The notes under the pieces are model-generated. The model did no database searches. It was not told the origin of the DNA and saw only the letters and a list, made by a program, of their open reading frames with translations. Positions 28,379 to 38,930 of a DNA stretch of 64,000 nt are shown in pieces. Positions within the stretch are counted from its first letter, which is position 1. Each line of letters opens with the position of its first letter. The stretch comes from Myxococcales bacterium (GTDB lineage: Bacteria > Myxococcota_A > Polyangia > Polyangiales > DASUME01). The stretch lies in NCBI GenBank assembly GCA_047601445.1, contig JASGJH010000001.1, forward strand, positions 6,144,001-6,208,000, read 5' to 3'. The position numbers and the translations under genes are program-made.

Positions 28379-29815
28379 TCAGCGCTCCGCGTAAGACATC
28401 GGCTCGAGCGCGATGTGTCCCACGTCCAGCTGCTTTTTGAACAGGACCACGCGCGGCACGTAGCCCTCGGCCGATACACGTAATTCGTGAACTTCGTCGT
28501 CGAAGTAGGTCGGCGCACGGAAGTCCCCGCGTCCGAGGCTGACCCCGTCGACGATGACCGAGGCGTCGGCGGGGGTGACGTAGACCCGGCGCTGAGGCTG
28601 AGCGCTGGAGGCGGCGGCCGCCAGGAAGGCCGGGTTGGTGGCCTGATCGAGCAGGGTGCCCGGCAGCGTGGCCCCGATGGCCAGCGTGGCATCGGGACGC
28701 GGTGTCGGGGACGTGCGGGCGCGCAAGTAGCCCACCGCCACGCTCAGCACCAGCACGACGCTGGCCATGGTCACGAAGGTGGGCGAGAAGAAGCCCTTGC
28801 GTCTGCGAAGGTGCCGCGTGGCCTGACCGCCGCGCGAGAACACTGGCGTGACGCTCGTCGGTTCGCCGGCGATGTCGTTGTCCACGCGGAAGGCGCCCGA
28901 CAACAGCTGCGCGCTGGCCACGCCCTCACGGTGGTCGCGCGAGACCCACAGGTTGCGCGTGCGCTCGCTGGCGAAGGGCAAGAGAGCTTCGGCGAAGTCG
29001 GTCACGCGCGGAAAGCGCTTGGCGGGGTCGAACGAGCTAGCGCGCGCCAATACCTCGTCGATCGACGATGGCAAATCGCTGCGATGGTGTGACAGACGCG
29101 GGAACTTCCCGCGCGCGACGCGCTCGAGCACGTCGTTGATGTCGTCTTCGGGACCCGCGAAGGGCTCACGCCCCGTGAGCATCTCGAACAACATGCTGGC
29201 CAGTGAGTACTGGTCGCTGCGCTCATCGAGGCTGCGATTGCCGCGGGCCTGCTCCGGGGACATGTAGTGCGGCGTGCCGATCGGCCCGAGCGCGCCCGTG
29301 ATGCCGCGTCGCTCTTCCAGCGTGGCGATGCCGAAATCCACCAGCTTGGGGACGACGCTGCCGTCTGGGTTGCGTGCGAGCAGAATGTTCCCGGGCTTGA
29401 TGTCGCGATGCAAAACGCCGGCAGCATGCGTGGCAGCCACGCCGTCGAGGATGGGCAAGAGCAGTTCCACTGCCGCTCTTAGACTCATTCGCCCGTCGCG
29501 CTGGAGTTTGCGCTCGAGGGTCTCTCCCTCCAGCAACTCCATCACCAAGTAGGGCACCCCTTCTTCCATACCCACGTCGAGCACGTCGACCACGTTGGCG
29601 TGGGACACTCGCGCAGCGCACTGACCCTCACGCAAGAAACGTCGAACGGAGTCGATCTCGCGGCACAGCGAAGGTCGCAACAACTTGAGCGCGACACGCT
29701 TGCGAAGACCGCTGTGCATGGCGACGAAAACATCGCTCATACCGCCGGACCCCAAATATTCGAGGAGCTCGTAACGCCCGAGCGACCGCGCTGCTGTGTT
29801 CAGCCCCGCACCCAT
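28379..29815 (-). CDS. Hanks-type Ser/Thr kinase with transmembrane helix and PEGA-like tail
   Basis: GSGGMSDV, VALK, HRDIKPGN, DFG, GTPHYMSPE; TM VVLVLSVAVGY. Confidence 0.9.
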   Translation of the reverse strand: MGAGLNTAARSLGRYELLEYLGSGGMSDVFVAMHSGLRKRVALKLLRPSLCREIDSVRRFLREGQCAARVSHANVVDVLDVGMEEGVPYLVMELLEGETLERKLQRDGRMSLRAAVELLLPILDGVAATHAAGVLHRDIKPGNILLARNPDGSVVPKLVDFGIATLEERRGITGALGPIGTPHYMSPEQARGNRSLDERSDQYSLASMLFEMLTGREPFAGPEDDINDVLERVARGKFPRLSHHRSDLPSSIDEVLARASSFDPAKRFPRVTDFAEALLPFASERTRNLWVSRDHREGVASAQLLSGAFRVDNDIAGEPTSVTPVFSRGGQATRHLRRRKGFFSPTFVTMASVVLVLSVAVGYLRARTSPTPRPDATLAIGATLPGTLLDQATNPAFLAAAASSAQPQRRVYVTPADASVIVDGVSLGRGDFRAPTYFDDEVHELRVSAEGYVPRVVLFKKQLDVGHIALEPMSYAER

Positions 29816-30084
29816 GACTCGTGTTCCCCCATGGAGACTACGCGGGAAGCGTAGCAAAAACGCGGAACAAGCCGATCTAACTTTCTGCAGGTCCCCAGTC
29901 AGATCACGGCGAATTCACACGTTGTACACAGTTAATTGAGGCAGTTACTGCCGAGATACTCGGTCGTTACCGTCTGTTCATGAAACCTGTCATGTACCTT
30001 GGCAGGGACAGTCAACTCCGCTTGCCTGCAGGCTTATTCGTCGCGGGCGCAGGCGCGCGGGGACACGCACGATAGACTGGCCGG

Positions 30085-30996
30085 ATGCGGGTGTTGATGA
30101 TCGGTGCGGGCGGGGTGGGCGGCTACTTTGCGGGGCGTCTTTCGCAGGCCAAAGTGGACCTTACTGTCGTGGCTCGGGGTGAACACGGCCGAGCCCTGAA
30201 GGAACGTGGGCTGCGTCTCGAAGGCAGTCCCAATTTGGAGACGATCTCCTTTAACCGCGTGTTCCCGTCGGCCGCCGCCGTGGAGCCCGCCTTCGACGTG
30301 GTGTTCTTGGCCGTCAAATGGCCGGCCCTGGACGACGCCTGCGCGGAGCTGCAGCGCCTGTTGGACCCACATGGGGTGGTGATCCCCCTGCTCAACGGGC
30401 TCGAATCAGAAGAAGTGGTGGCGAGCTACGTGGGCGCACAGCGGACCCTCTCGGGGGTGGCCTATATGTCTTCTGGGCTCTTGGGACCGGGACGCATCTA
30501 CGCCCACGGAAACACCCGTGCAGGCCTGGCGCCTTTCCGCCCGGGGCAGGACGCCGACGTGGCGAAGGTGGCGCAGCTGCTCGAGCGAGCCGGGATTCCC
30601 GTGCGCGTGCAGGCCGACTTCCGAAGCATGCTCTGGGAAAAGATGCTCTGGAACGCCCCCTTCAACGCGGTCTGCGCGCTCACTGGGCAGCCGGCCGGGG
30701 CGGTGCTCGGACCCTGCGAGGACGTGGTGCGCGCAGCGATGCAGGAGGTGGTGGCCGTGGCGCGGGCCGACGGCGCCGACCTGAACCCCGCGGCCATCGA
30801 GGCCATGTTGCAGGTCACGCGCGCAGACTTTCCGCGCACCGAACCTTCCATGCTGCAAGACGTGCGGGCCGGCCGCGCCACCGAGGTGGAGATCCTGCAA
30901 GGGGCCGTGGTGAGGCGTGGCGAGGAACTCGCGGTGGCGGTGCCTGTGCTGAGGACCTTGGCGAGCCTGGTGCGCGGGAGAACGCTGGGCGCCTAG
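30085..30996 (+). CDS. panE: 2-dehydropantoate 2-reductase family
   Basis: GAGGVGG, LAVK, LNGL, WEKMLWN, SMLQD..GRATE. Confidence 0.85.
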   Translation: MRVLMIGAGGVGGYFAGRLSQAKVDLTVVARGEHGRALKERGLRLEGSPNLETISFNRVFPSAAAVEPAFDVVFLAVKWPALDDACAELQRLLDPHGVVIPLLNGLESEEVVASYVGAQRTLSGVAYMSSGLLGPGRIYAHGNTRAGLAPFRPGQDADVAKVAQLLERAGIPVRVQADFRSMLWEKMLWNAPFNAVCALTGQPAGAVLGPCEDVVRAAMQEVVAVARADGADLNPAAIEAMLQVTRADFPRTEPSMLQDVRAGRATEVEILQGAVVRRGEELAVAVPVLRTLASLVRGRTLGA

Positions 30997-30999
30997 AGA

Positions 31000-31596
31000 C
31001 TAGCCGCCGTCGACCGTGGGTGGATAGGCCAGGTGCTCGGGCGGCGCGTTCATGATTTCGTTGGGAAACTGATCGGCGAGGAACGCGATGATGCTCTGCA
31101 GGGAGACCAGCGCGACGGGATAGCCAGCCTCATCCACCACGGGCAAGTGGTGGTAGCTGCCGAGCGCGAGCGTGCGCAGTGCCACGCTGAGCAACGTGGC
31201 TTCGGTGAGCACGTGGGGCGAGCGTGTCATCAAGTCCGAAACCGGGCGCTCGAGACCTGCCCCGGCCTCCAAGACACGCGTCAGCACATCACGCTCCGTG
31301 AAGATGCCGAGCACATGATCGTTCTCGAGCACCAGCGCCGCGCTCGCGTGGGCGCGATTCATCTGGGCGATCACGTCGGCCACGCGCGCCTCCGGTACCA
31401 CGCACAGTGGAACCTGATGCTCCATCTCACCCAGGCTGAGCTCGAGCCAGCCCGCGCGCCGCACCGGTTGCGAACCGCTCAGCCAGTCACCGTATTCGTC
31501 GGCGAATTCGCTCGTGGTCAACATGGATGGATCCTGACCCGCGCGATCGGGAAGGTCGCGCACTTTTGCGGGGTTGTTGCGAGACACGTGAGCCAT
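31000..31596 (-). CDS. CBS-domain-pair protein (start uncertain)
   Basis: GIFTERD, VSDLMT, HHLPVVD. Confidence 0.8.
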   Translation of the reverse strand: MAHVSRNNPAKVRDLPDRAGQDPSMLTTSEFADEYGDWLSGSQPVRRAGWLELSLGEMEHQVPLCVVPEARVADVIAQMNRAHASAALVLENDHVLGIFTERDVLTRVLEAGAGLERPVSDLMTRSPHVLTEATLLSVALRTLALGSYHHLPVVDEAGYPVALVSLQSIIAFLADQFPNEIMNAPPEHLAYPPTVDGG

Positions 31597-31737
31597 CGGC
31601 CAGCAGGTAAGCCCGCGCTTTCGCGCCGCAAGCTGCGGGCACGCTTATGGCTCGGCTCCGAGCAGCGCCCTGGGGTACAGTTCGGGCTCGTCAGTATCAG
31701 CGCGCGAGCGCGCGCCCGCAACGTGAGGAGAGCGCAC

Positions 31738-32788
31738 TTGATCTCGACCCTCGGCTACGCCGCCCAGAACGCCAAATCTCCGCTCGAGCCCTACCGCTTC
31801 GAGCGCCGCGACCCTGGCCCACTCGACGTGGAACTCAGCATTCTCTACTGCGGCGTGTGTCACTCGGATGTTCATCAGGCGCGCGACGAGTGGGGCGGCT
31901 CGATCTTCCCGATGGTTCCGGGTCACGGAGATCGTCGGACGCGTGAAGCAAGTGGGAAGTCAGGTCACCAAGTTCAAGCCGGGCGACCTCGCCGGCGTGG
32001 GCTGTATGGTGGACTCCTGTCGGCTCTGTTCGAGCTGTGAGGAAGGACTCGAGCAGTACTGCGAGAAGGGTTTCAACCCCACCTACAATGGCTACGACCG
32101 CGACGGCGAGACCCCCACCCAGGGCGGCTACGCGAGCAACATCGTGGTGCACCAGGACTTCGTGCTCAGGGTCTCCGACAAGCTGGCGCTCGCGAATGTC
32201 GCCCCGCTCTTGTGCGCGGGCATCACCACCTGGTCTCCGCTGCGCCACTGGAAGGTGGGCCCGGGTCAGCGTGTGGGCGTGGTCGGGCTCGGCGGGCTCG
32301 GTCACATGGCACTCAAGTTCGCGCGCTCGTTCGGTGCAGAGGTCGTGCTCTTCACCACGTCGCCGGGCAAGGCCGAGGACGCCAAGCGACTGGGCGCTAC
32401 CGAGGTGGTGGTGTCCACGCGGCGTGCCGAGATGAAGCCTCAGAAGAACCGCTTCGACTTCATCCTCAACACGGTGGCGGTGCCCCACGATCTCGACGTC
32501 TATCTCAACATGCTCAAGCGCAACGGCACGCTCGCGCTGGTGGGCGTGCCCGACAAGAACCACCCGGCTCCCAAGGTGGGCAACCTGGTGTTCAAGCGCC
32601 GCAGCCTGGCGGGCTCGCTGATCGGCGGCATCGCCGAGACCCAGGAGATGCTCGACTACTGCGCCGAGCACGGCATTGCTTCGGATGTCGAGCTCGTCGC
32701 CATCGACCAGGTCAACCTGGCCTTCGATCGCATGGTGAAGAGCGACGTGAAGTATCGCTTCGTGATCGACATGGCTTCACTCGCGTGA
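31738..32788 (+). CDS. Zn-dependent NADP alcohol dehydrogenase (YahK/CAD-like); one-base insertion near 31927
   Basis: TTG start after GAGGAG; CGVCHSD; PGH|EIVG split by CAC G[G]AG ATC; structural Zn Cys cluster; PLLCAGIT, GLGGLG. Confidence 0.88.
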
Positions 32789-32821
32789 TGACGCGGCGCT
32801 AGCCGAAAGAGAGAGCTCAAG

Positions 32822-35005
32822 ATGCCCAGCCAAGAGAACCAGCCGTCCGGCTCCGCCACACGCCACTACCGCACCTGCACGCTGTGCGAAGCCATGTGTG
32901 GCCTCGTCATCGAGACCAAGGGGAGTGAAGTCAGCGCGATCCGCGGCGACCAGGAGGATCCCTTCAGCCGCGGTCACATCTGCCCCAAGGCCATGGCGCT
33001 CAAGGATTTGCACGACGATTCGGATCGCCTGCGCACGCCGCTCAAGCGCGAAGGTGACAAGTTCGTGCCCATCGGCTGGGATGAGGCCTTCGATCTGGTG
33101 GCCGAGGGCATCAAGCGCGTGCAGCGAGCCCACGGCAAGAGCGCGGTGGCCCTCTATCAGGGGAACCCGACCGTACACAACTACGGGTCCATGTTGTTCG
33201 CACCGATGTTCATGGCGGCGCTCGGCACCCGCGCGCGCTTCTCCGCGACCTCGGTCGACCAGCTGCCCCACATGCTGGCCAGCCTGTGGATGTTCGGTCA
33301 TCAGCTGTTGATGCCCGTGCCTGACCTCGATCGTACGGACTACTTCCTGGTGCTCGGAGCCAACCCGGCCGTCTCCAACGGCAGCCTGATGACGGCGCCC
33401 GGGGCAAAGGATCGCATCGAGGGTATCGTGGCGCGCGGGGGCAAGGTGGTGGTGATCGACCCCCGTCGTAGTGAGACCTCCGCGCTGGCCAGTGAGCATC
33501 ACTTCGTGCGCCCAGGCAAGGACGCGCTCCTGCTGCTCGGGCTCATCCACACGGTGTTCGACGAGCAGCTCGCCAAGCCGGGCCGACTCGAAGCGTTCAC
33601 GCAGGGACGCTCCGAGGTCGAGCGCTTGGTGCGCCCCTACGCGCCCGAGCGCGTGGCCAAGGTGGTGGGCATCGAGGCCGGCACCATCCGGCGTCTGGCG
33701 CGCGAGTTTGCGAAGGCCGAGCGCGCCGTGTGTTACGGGCGCATGGGCGTCTCGACTCAGGACTTCGGCGGCCTCACCTGTTGGCTGATCAACGTCCTCA
33801 ACATCATCACCGGGAACCTCGACCGCGTGGGCGGCGCCATGTTCACCTCGCCCGCCGTCGATCTGGTGCAGCTTCCGGTGCGCCAGTTCCAGGGGCACTA
33901 CGGCCTCTACAAGAGCCGCGTGCGCGGTCTGCCCGAGTTCGGCGGTGAGCTACCCGTGGCGGCTTTGGCCGAGGAAATCGAGACCGAAGGCAAAGGCCAA
34001 ATCCGCGGACTCGTCACCTCGGCGGGTAATCCCGTGCTGTCGACTCCCAATGGGGTGCGCCTCGAGCGTGCCCTGCCCAAGCTCGAGTTCATGGTGAGCA
34101 TCGACTTCTACCTCAACGAGACCACGCGTCACGCCCACGTGATCCTACCGCCGTCGGGTCCGCTCGAGCACGACCACTACGACATCGCGCTGCACCTCTT
34201 GCAGGTGCGCAACACGGCCAAGTACTCCAAGGCGATCTTCCCGCGTCCGAGCGAGGCACGCCACGACTGGGAGATTCTCAGCGAGCTCACCTGGCGCCTC
34301 GTCGATGGGCGGCTCGCGCGCCTCGCTGCACGCGCCCAGGCCGAGGTCACATGCAAGCTCGAACCCAAGGGCATGGTGGATCTCCTGCTGCGCGCGGGGC
34401 CCCATGGAGACCGCTTCATCCCCCTCAAGCGCGGGCTCTCGATCAAGCAGCTCGAGCAGCAGCCTCACGGCGTGGATCTGGGGGGCCTCGAGCCTCGCTT
34501 CCCCGAGCGTCTGAAGACGCGTGGCAAACAGATCCAGCTCGCCCCCGAGCCGCTGGTGCAGGACCTGCGGAGGCTCGAGCAAGCGCTGCGCGAGGACGAG
34601 CGCGCTGAGCCGGGGCTGGTGCTCATCGGACGCCGTCAGCTGCGCTCGAACAACTCCTGGATGCACAACAGCCTGCGCCTGGTGAAGGGGCCCGTGCGCT
34701 GCACGCTGCAGATGCATCCGGAGGACGCGCAGGCGCGCGGGCTCAACCACGGCGAGCTCGTGCAGATCCGCTCGCGGGTGGGTAGCGTCGAAGCGCCGCT
34801 CGAGGTGACCGAGGCACTGATGCCCGGGGTGGTGAGCTTGCCGCACGGCTGGGGTCACACGCGCAAGGGCACCAAGTTGCAGGTGGCCGAGCAACATCCT
34901 GGCGCGAGCATCAACGATGTGACTGACGAGGCGCGTGTAGACGCGTTGGCCGGCACGGCGAGCTTCAGCGGGCTGCCCGTGCAGGTAACGCGAGCGGCCG
35001 GGTAG
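32822..35005 (+). CDS. Molybdopterin (DMSO-reductase family) oxidoreductase
   Basis: CTLCEAMCG...GHICPK 4Fe-4S motif; GANP, VIDPRRSET; C-terminal NSWMHN, LPHGWG; no Tat signal seen. Confidence 0.88.
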   Translation: MPSQENQPSGSATRHYRTCTLCEAMCGLVIETKGSEVSAIRGDQEDPFSRGHICPKAMALKDLHDDSDRLRTPLKREGDKFVPIGWDEAFDLVAEGIKRVQRAHGKSAVALYQGNPTVHNYGSMLFAPMFMAALGTRARFSATSVDQLPHMLASLWMFGHQLLMPVPDLDRTDYFLVLGANPAVSNGSLMTAPGAKDRIEGIVARGGKVVVIDPRRSETSALASEHHFVRPGKDALLLLGLIHTVFDEQLAKPGRLEAFTQGRSEVERLVRPYAPERVAKVVGIEAGTIRRLAREFAKAERAVCYGRMGVSTQDFGGLTCWLINVLNIITGNLDRVGGAMFTSPAVDLVQLPVRQFQGHYGLYKSRVRGLPEFGGELPVAALAEEIETEGKGQIRGLVTSAGNPVLSTPNGVRLERALPKLEFMVSIDFYLNETTRHAHVILPPSGPLEHDHYDIALHLLQVRNTAKYSKAIFPRPSEARHDWEILSELTWRLVDGRLARLAARAQAEVTCKLEPKGMVDLLLRAGPHGDRFIPLKRGLSIKQLEQQPHGVDLGGLEPRFPERLKTRGKQIQLAPEPLVQDLRRLEQALREDERAEPGLVLIGRRQLRSNNSWMHNSLRLVKGPVRCTLQMHPEDAQARGLNHGELVQIRSRVGSVEAPLEVTEALMPGVVSLPHGWGHTRKGTKLQVAEQHPGASINDVTDEARVDALAGTASFSGLPVQVTRAAG

Positions 35006-35035
35006 GGACCCCCCTGGGGGCTGTCCCTCGAGCGT

Positions 35036-36541
35036 TCAGGTGCCGGGCGGAGTCCAGGTCGTGATGCGCCAGCGACTGGGGCGTGTTCGGATGGGCTCCA
35101 TGGCGACGCCTTCGCCGAAGTCGAAATAGATGGGCTGTTGGCGGAGCGCGTTGTAGTCCGCCACGTTGTTGCCGTCGTAAACTCGTGAGCGCCAGTTGCT
35201 GAACTCCGGCGGCACGCTCTCGTCGACCTCGTCGGCGAAATGGGTTGCCACGTCGCTCAGGTCGGGGAACTGGAACGACTCCGCGCCCGGAGCCACCACC
35301 AAGCCGTAGCCGTAGTAGCTCTGGCCCTGGCCGTCGTTGGTGGTGAACGCGGCGTCGAAGGTGAACAGGGTGACGTCGGCCGCTTGCGGGTCACTGGTGA
35401 GTGTGACGAGCGGGCGCTTGGGATCGCTGTCGTCGAAGGCGCTGATTCGCACGGGGGCGAGTCGGTCGCTCGCGTCGTAGGCGAGGGCGCTGGTGTCGGC
35501 AGTGCGCTGCCGAAACTCGGAGTAGACGTTGTCGTTGAGGTCGGGAACGCTGAAGCCCACCTCCACGTCGAACTGGTTTACCACCGCGTCCGGGTAGAGA
35601 TAGTTCCAGGTGTGCTGGGGGTTCTCGTTGAGGTTGTAGCCCGTGTAGACCGCTTGTCCGTCCACGAACGGCGCGACGGTGATGTTGGGCACGAGATCGT
35701 TGGGCACGTTGTCGACGGTGACGGGGAATGTCGCAGGCGCCGCCCAGGTGCCTTGGTAGGTGAGCGTGGCGACGTTTCCGAGGGTGGGCGGCGCTTGATT
35801 GCGCAGCACCGCATAGCCGCCGGTGGTTCCGTTCACGATGCCAGCCACCACCAGGTCCATGCTGTCCGCGCGGCAGGCCGCCGTGATGTCTTGTGTGAAT
35901 GTGGTGTTGTTGGAAGAGCCACTGCAGCTGCTGTTGCGGGCGTAGAAGACGTACGTGCTGGCGTTGGCGAGCGGTGGCACGGTGAGCTCGAAGCTGCCGA
36001 GCGTCGGCAGAATTTGGTCGGGCTCCCGCAGCTGCACGATCAGGTCGTCGCCGTCTTTGACGCCCACGTAGGTGAGCGCGCCGCGCACGAGATCGAGATT
36101 GTCGCTGGGCGGGAGCACGGTCACCGCGTGCGGCGCGAGTGCGGAGTGGATTTGGCCGTTTTGATCGGTGAGCAGGGTGTCGAGCTTTGCGCCGGCGGCA
36201 TCGTAGAGCAGCACCGTTGCGTTCGGCACGGGATCGCTCGCGCCAATGCGTAGCGTCAGGGAGATGCCGTCGAGCGTAGGTCCTTCAGCGTCGGGCTCGC
36301 TTGCATCGGGCTCGCTTGCGTCGGGTTGGCCAGCGTCGGGCTCGCTTGCGTCAGGCGTAGGGCTCTGGGCGTCGAGCGGTGGCTGCGAAGCGTCTTGGCC
36401 AGGCGAGTGACCGGAGTCGACGGAGCCCGAGTCGAGCTCTTCGCTCTCCTGGTCATCGCTCTCGTTGCCGGAGCAACCGGGGGCGGCGAGGACGGCAAGC
36501 AAGGATACGAGCCAAGGAACGTGATGCTGGCGGGGGGACAT
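35036..36541 (-). CDS. Hypothetical lipoprotein with PDASE-repeat linker
   Basis: Lipobox LAAPGC; GGAGA/GAGG-type RBS region; coding-like codon use. Confidence 0.65.
   Translation of the reverse strand: MSPRQHHVPWLVSLLAVLAAPGCSGNESDDQESEELDSGSVDSGHSPGQDASQPPLDAQSPTPDASEPDAGQPDASEPDASEPDAEGPTLDGISLTLRIGASDPVPNATVLLYDAAGAKLDTLLTDQNGQIHSALAPHAVTVLPPSDNLDLVRGALTYVGVKDGDDLIVQLREPDQILPTLGSFELTVPPLANASTYVFYARNSSCSGSSNNTTFTQDITAACRADSMDLVVAGIVNGTTGGYAVLRNQAPPTLGNVATLTYQGTWAAPATFPVTVDNVPNDLVPNITVAPFVDGQAVYTGYNLNENPQHTWNYLYPDAVVNQFDVEVGFSVPDLNDNVYSEFRQRTADTSALAYDASDRLAPVRISAFDDSDPKRPLVTLTSDPQAADVTLFTFDAAFTTNDGQGQSYYGYGLVVAPGAESFQFPDLSDVATHFADEVDESVPPEFSNWRSRVYDGNNVADYNALRQQPIYFDFGEGVAMEPIRTRPSRWRITTWTPPGT
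36288..36355 (-). repeat. 15-bp tandem coding repeat (PDASE/PDAGQ)
   Basis: GCGTCGGGCTCGCTT unit repeated about 4.5 times with variants. Confidence 0.75.
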
Positions 36542-36705
36542 GGGAGTGAACGACCTCTTGGACCCAAGTACGGAGGCGAGACTCCCTCACCTTCCCGTTC
36601 GTCCTCCCCCGCGCACCATTCCCGACTCCTGGAACCGCGTTTGATCCGCCTGGCTCACGTAAGATCCACTTCTGTTTCTTCGTGTGCCCTGGATAGAATA
36701 TTCCA

Positions 36706-37644
36706 GTGGAAGCGCCCCAAGACGGTCTGACCGTCATCTTGTTGACCCACCCTGGAGCCCCGGCACGACAGCTGCGCGTGCCCCGAGCGTGGCCAGCTTT
36801 CTTGGGCGTTTTCGGCATGTTGTCGGTCTGCGGCAGCCTGCTCATCGGGCGTCAGGCGCGGGCCCTTTGCGAGGCTGAAGGCGCGCTGGGCCCGGAGCCG
36901 GCTCTGATGATGGCGGGCCTCGATCAGGAGGAGCCGCTGTTGGTCTCCTCGCTGGGGGGCGTCGGTTCGAAGCCAGCGGCCTCCATGGGCACGCTTGCCT
37001 CGGCGCGCACTTTGGCCGCGCTATCCGTGGCCCCTGGACTGTCGTCGGTGGCCGGGCTCACGCCCACTCCATCTCAGGCGCCGAGCCTCCCTGCCTCGGC
37101 GCGTCCGCTCGTGAGCGGCAAGGCCCTGCCGCTGTTCGACATCAACGGCGGCCGCGCCCTGACCGTGACCCCCTTCGATCAAGATGGCGTCGCGAACCCC
37201 GAGGCATTCGCGCAGATCCGCACGTTCATGCGCTGCCGCCGCAGCGGGCACGAGATGGACATGGACCCGCGGCTGATCGCTCTGCTCTCGCGCATCTCGC
37301 AGCACTTCGGCGACGCCAGGCTGCAGATCATCTCGGGCCATCGCAAGCCTGATGGCAAGGCCACGCGCGAGACCAGTCAGCACGCGTTCGGCACCGCGGC
37401 CGACATTCGCATCGCCGGCGTCGCCATCGACGACATCAAGCGCGCGGCGCACGAGCTCGGCGCCAAGGGCGTGGGGCTCTACACCAAGGGCCAGTTCGTC
37501 CATGTCGACGTGCGCGAGCGCGCCTACTCGTGGCGCGACACCGGCGAAGAACTCGACGAATCGGAGGGCGCCGAGACCTTATCTCAGAAGGGGTCGGGGG
37601 AAGCCGTGGCGGACGCACCCGTGGTGGCGGCGGCGGGGCTCTGA
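36706..37644 (+). CDS. YcbK/DUF882 (peptidase M15) family membrane-anchored protein
   Basis: MDPRL, ISGHR, SQH..GTAADI, GVGLY, FVHVDVR; N-terminal TM. Confidence 0.85.
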   Translation: MEAPQDGLTVILLTHPGAPARQLRVPRAWPAFLGVFGMLSVCGSLLIGRQARALCEAEGALGPEPALMMAGLDQEEPLLVSSLGGVGSKPAASMGTLASARTLAALSVAPGLSSVAGLTPTPSQAPSLPASARPLVSGKALPLFDINGGRALTVTPFDQDGVANPEAFAQIRTFMRCRRSGHEMDMDPRLIALLSRISQHFGDARLQIISGHRKPDGKATRETSQHAFGTAADIRIAGVAIDDIKRAAHELGAKGVGLYTKGQFVHVDVRERAYSWRDTGEELDESEGAETLSQKGSGEAVADAPVVAAAGL

Positions 37645-37835
37645 GAACGCTGGTTCGGCGTGAGCTGAAAGCCGTACCAGGCAGCCAGCGCGAGCACGCT
37701 CAACCAGCCCACGAGCAACGAAGCGCAGACCCAGTGAGGTACGAAGAAGCGCCGGGGAACGCGCCCCGGTCCGCCCATGATCATCAGCGTGAAGCCGCGT
37801 GAGCTCGCTTCGATGCTACTCGGCGGCTGCCGCAT
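37584..37835 (-). CDS. Small single-TM protein coupled to bactofilin
   Basis: ATG overlaps the bactofilin 3' end by 20 nt; FTLMIMGGPGRVPRRFFVP followed by a hydrophobic helix. Confidence 0.5.
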   Translation of the reverse strand: MRQPPSSIEASSRGFTLMIMGGPGRVPRRFFVPHWVCASLLVGWLSVLALAAWYGFQLTPNQRSQSPAAATTGASATASPDPF

Positions 37836-38244
37836 CCGAGATCATCTCCACGTCCTGCGGGCGGGCTTCGACGTCGTTGGCCGGAGCTCCTGAGCCTGCT
37901 TTGTCGTCGAGACGAGATGCACGACCGTCCATCACGCCACCGCGGTCCACTTCGAGCGACGCGTAACGCGCGCCACCCTGCACCACGCCCGAAGCCAACA
38001 CATGCAGGTGGCCGCGTGCGTTGACGGTGCCCTCGATGCGCCCGGCGATCGACAGGTTGTCTGCGATCACGTCGCCGAGGATTTTGCCCTCGGGTCCCAC
38101 CGAGACGTGGCCTTCGGCGACCAGCGTGCCCTGGATGGTTCCGTCGAGCTGCAGCATGCCTTTCACGCGCAGCGTGCCCTCGACGACGCTACCCGCGGCA
38201 ATCACGGTGATCGAACTTGCTGGCTGTTGTCGCTTCCCGAACAT
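37816..38244 (-). CDS. Bactofilin (polymer-forming cytoskeletal protein)
   Basis: N-terminal MFGKR; TVIAAGSVVEGTL, LQLDG, GRIEG, LEVDRGGVMDG beta-helix; GGGGGA RBS. Confidence 0.9.
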   Translation of the reverse strand: MFGKRQQPASSITVIAAGSVVEGTLRVKGMLQLDGTIQGTLVAEGHVSVGPEGKILGDVIADNLSIAGRIEGTVNARGHLHVLASGVVQGGARYASLEVDRGGVMDGRASRLDDKAGSGAPANDVEARPQDVEMISDAAAAE

Positions 38245-38380
38245 AAAAATTCCCCCCGACGAGATCGATGTTATCGCCGTCCCCCACGCTCGAGGAGGGT
38301 ACGTTCTTGCGGCGGATCTGGGCAAAATAGGCACCGGGTGGGACACGGTGCCAGATCCGTTGCGGGGGACCCAGGCCTGC

Positions 38381-38869
38381 TTAGGCTACTTCGACGATGG
38401 AGTACTCGCGGAGCGTTCCGCGCACCCGCAGTTCCACGTCGTCGCCCAACATGCGGCCCATCACAGCGGCTCCCAGCGAGGAAGCACCTGTGACCACCAA
38501 CACCTGCACGCCGTCGACCTCCACTTCGGTGCCCCCGGCGTAGGGCGCGATGAACACGCAACGCTTGCCCTCATCGGACTCCAGCATCACCAGCGCGCTG
38601 GCGCGCAGCGCGTCGTCCGGACCGAAGCGCAACAATGGCAGAAATCGCAGCTGTTCCCGCTGCTCTACCAGTTCCTCGGCGCGCATCGCTTGGCCGCGGG
38701 CCAGGTAGCTCTGTTCGAGGGCACGGGTGTCCTTGTCGTTCTCGGGCTTGGCTTCTTCGTGGGTGGCGTCCTTACGGGTCTGTTCCGCACTGGAGGACAT
38801 CTGGGAGAGGGTCTCGCCCAGGCGTGCCACCAGGGCTTCGAGGACGCGTCGCTTGTCTGGCAGAGCCAT
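38381..38869 (-). CDS. GreA/GreB-family protein
   Basis: ATHEEAKPENDKDTRALEQSYLARGQA; SSLGAAVMGRMLGD. Confidence 0.75.
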   Translation of the reverse strand: MALPDKRRVLEALVARLGETLSQMSSSAEQTRKDATHEEAKPENDKDTRALEQSYLARGQAMRAEELVEQREQLRFLPLLRFGPDDALRASALVMLESDEGKRCVFIAPYAGGTEVEVDGVQVLVVTGASSLGAAVMGRMLGDDVELRVRGTLREYSIVEVA

Positions 38870-38930
38870 GCCCCAAGTAAAGCATTGGGTCGCCATGCGC
38901 GCGACGGAGAGCCGGCTCAAGATTTCGTGC

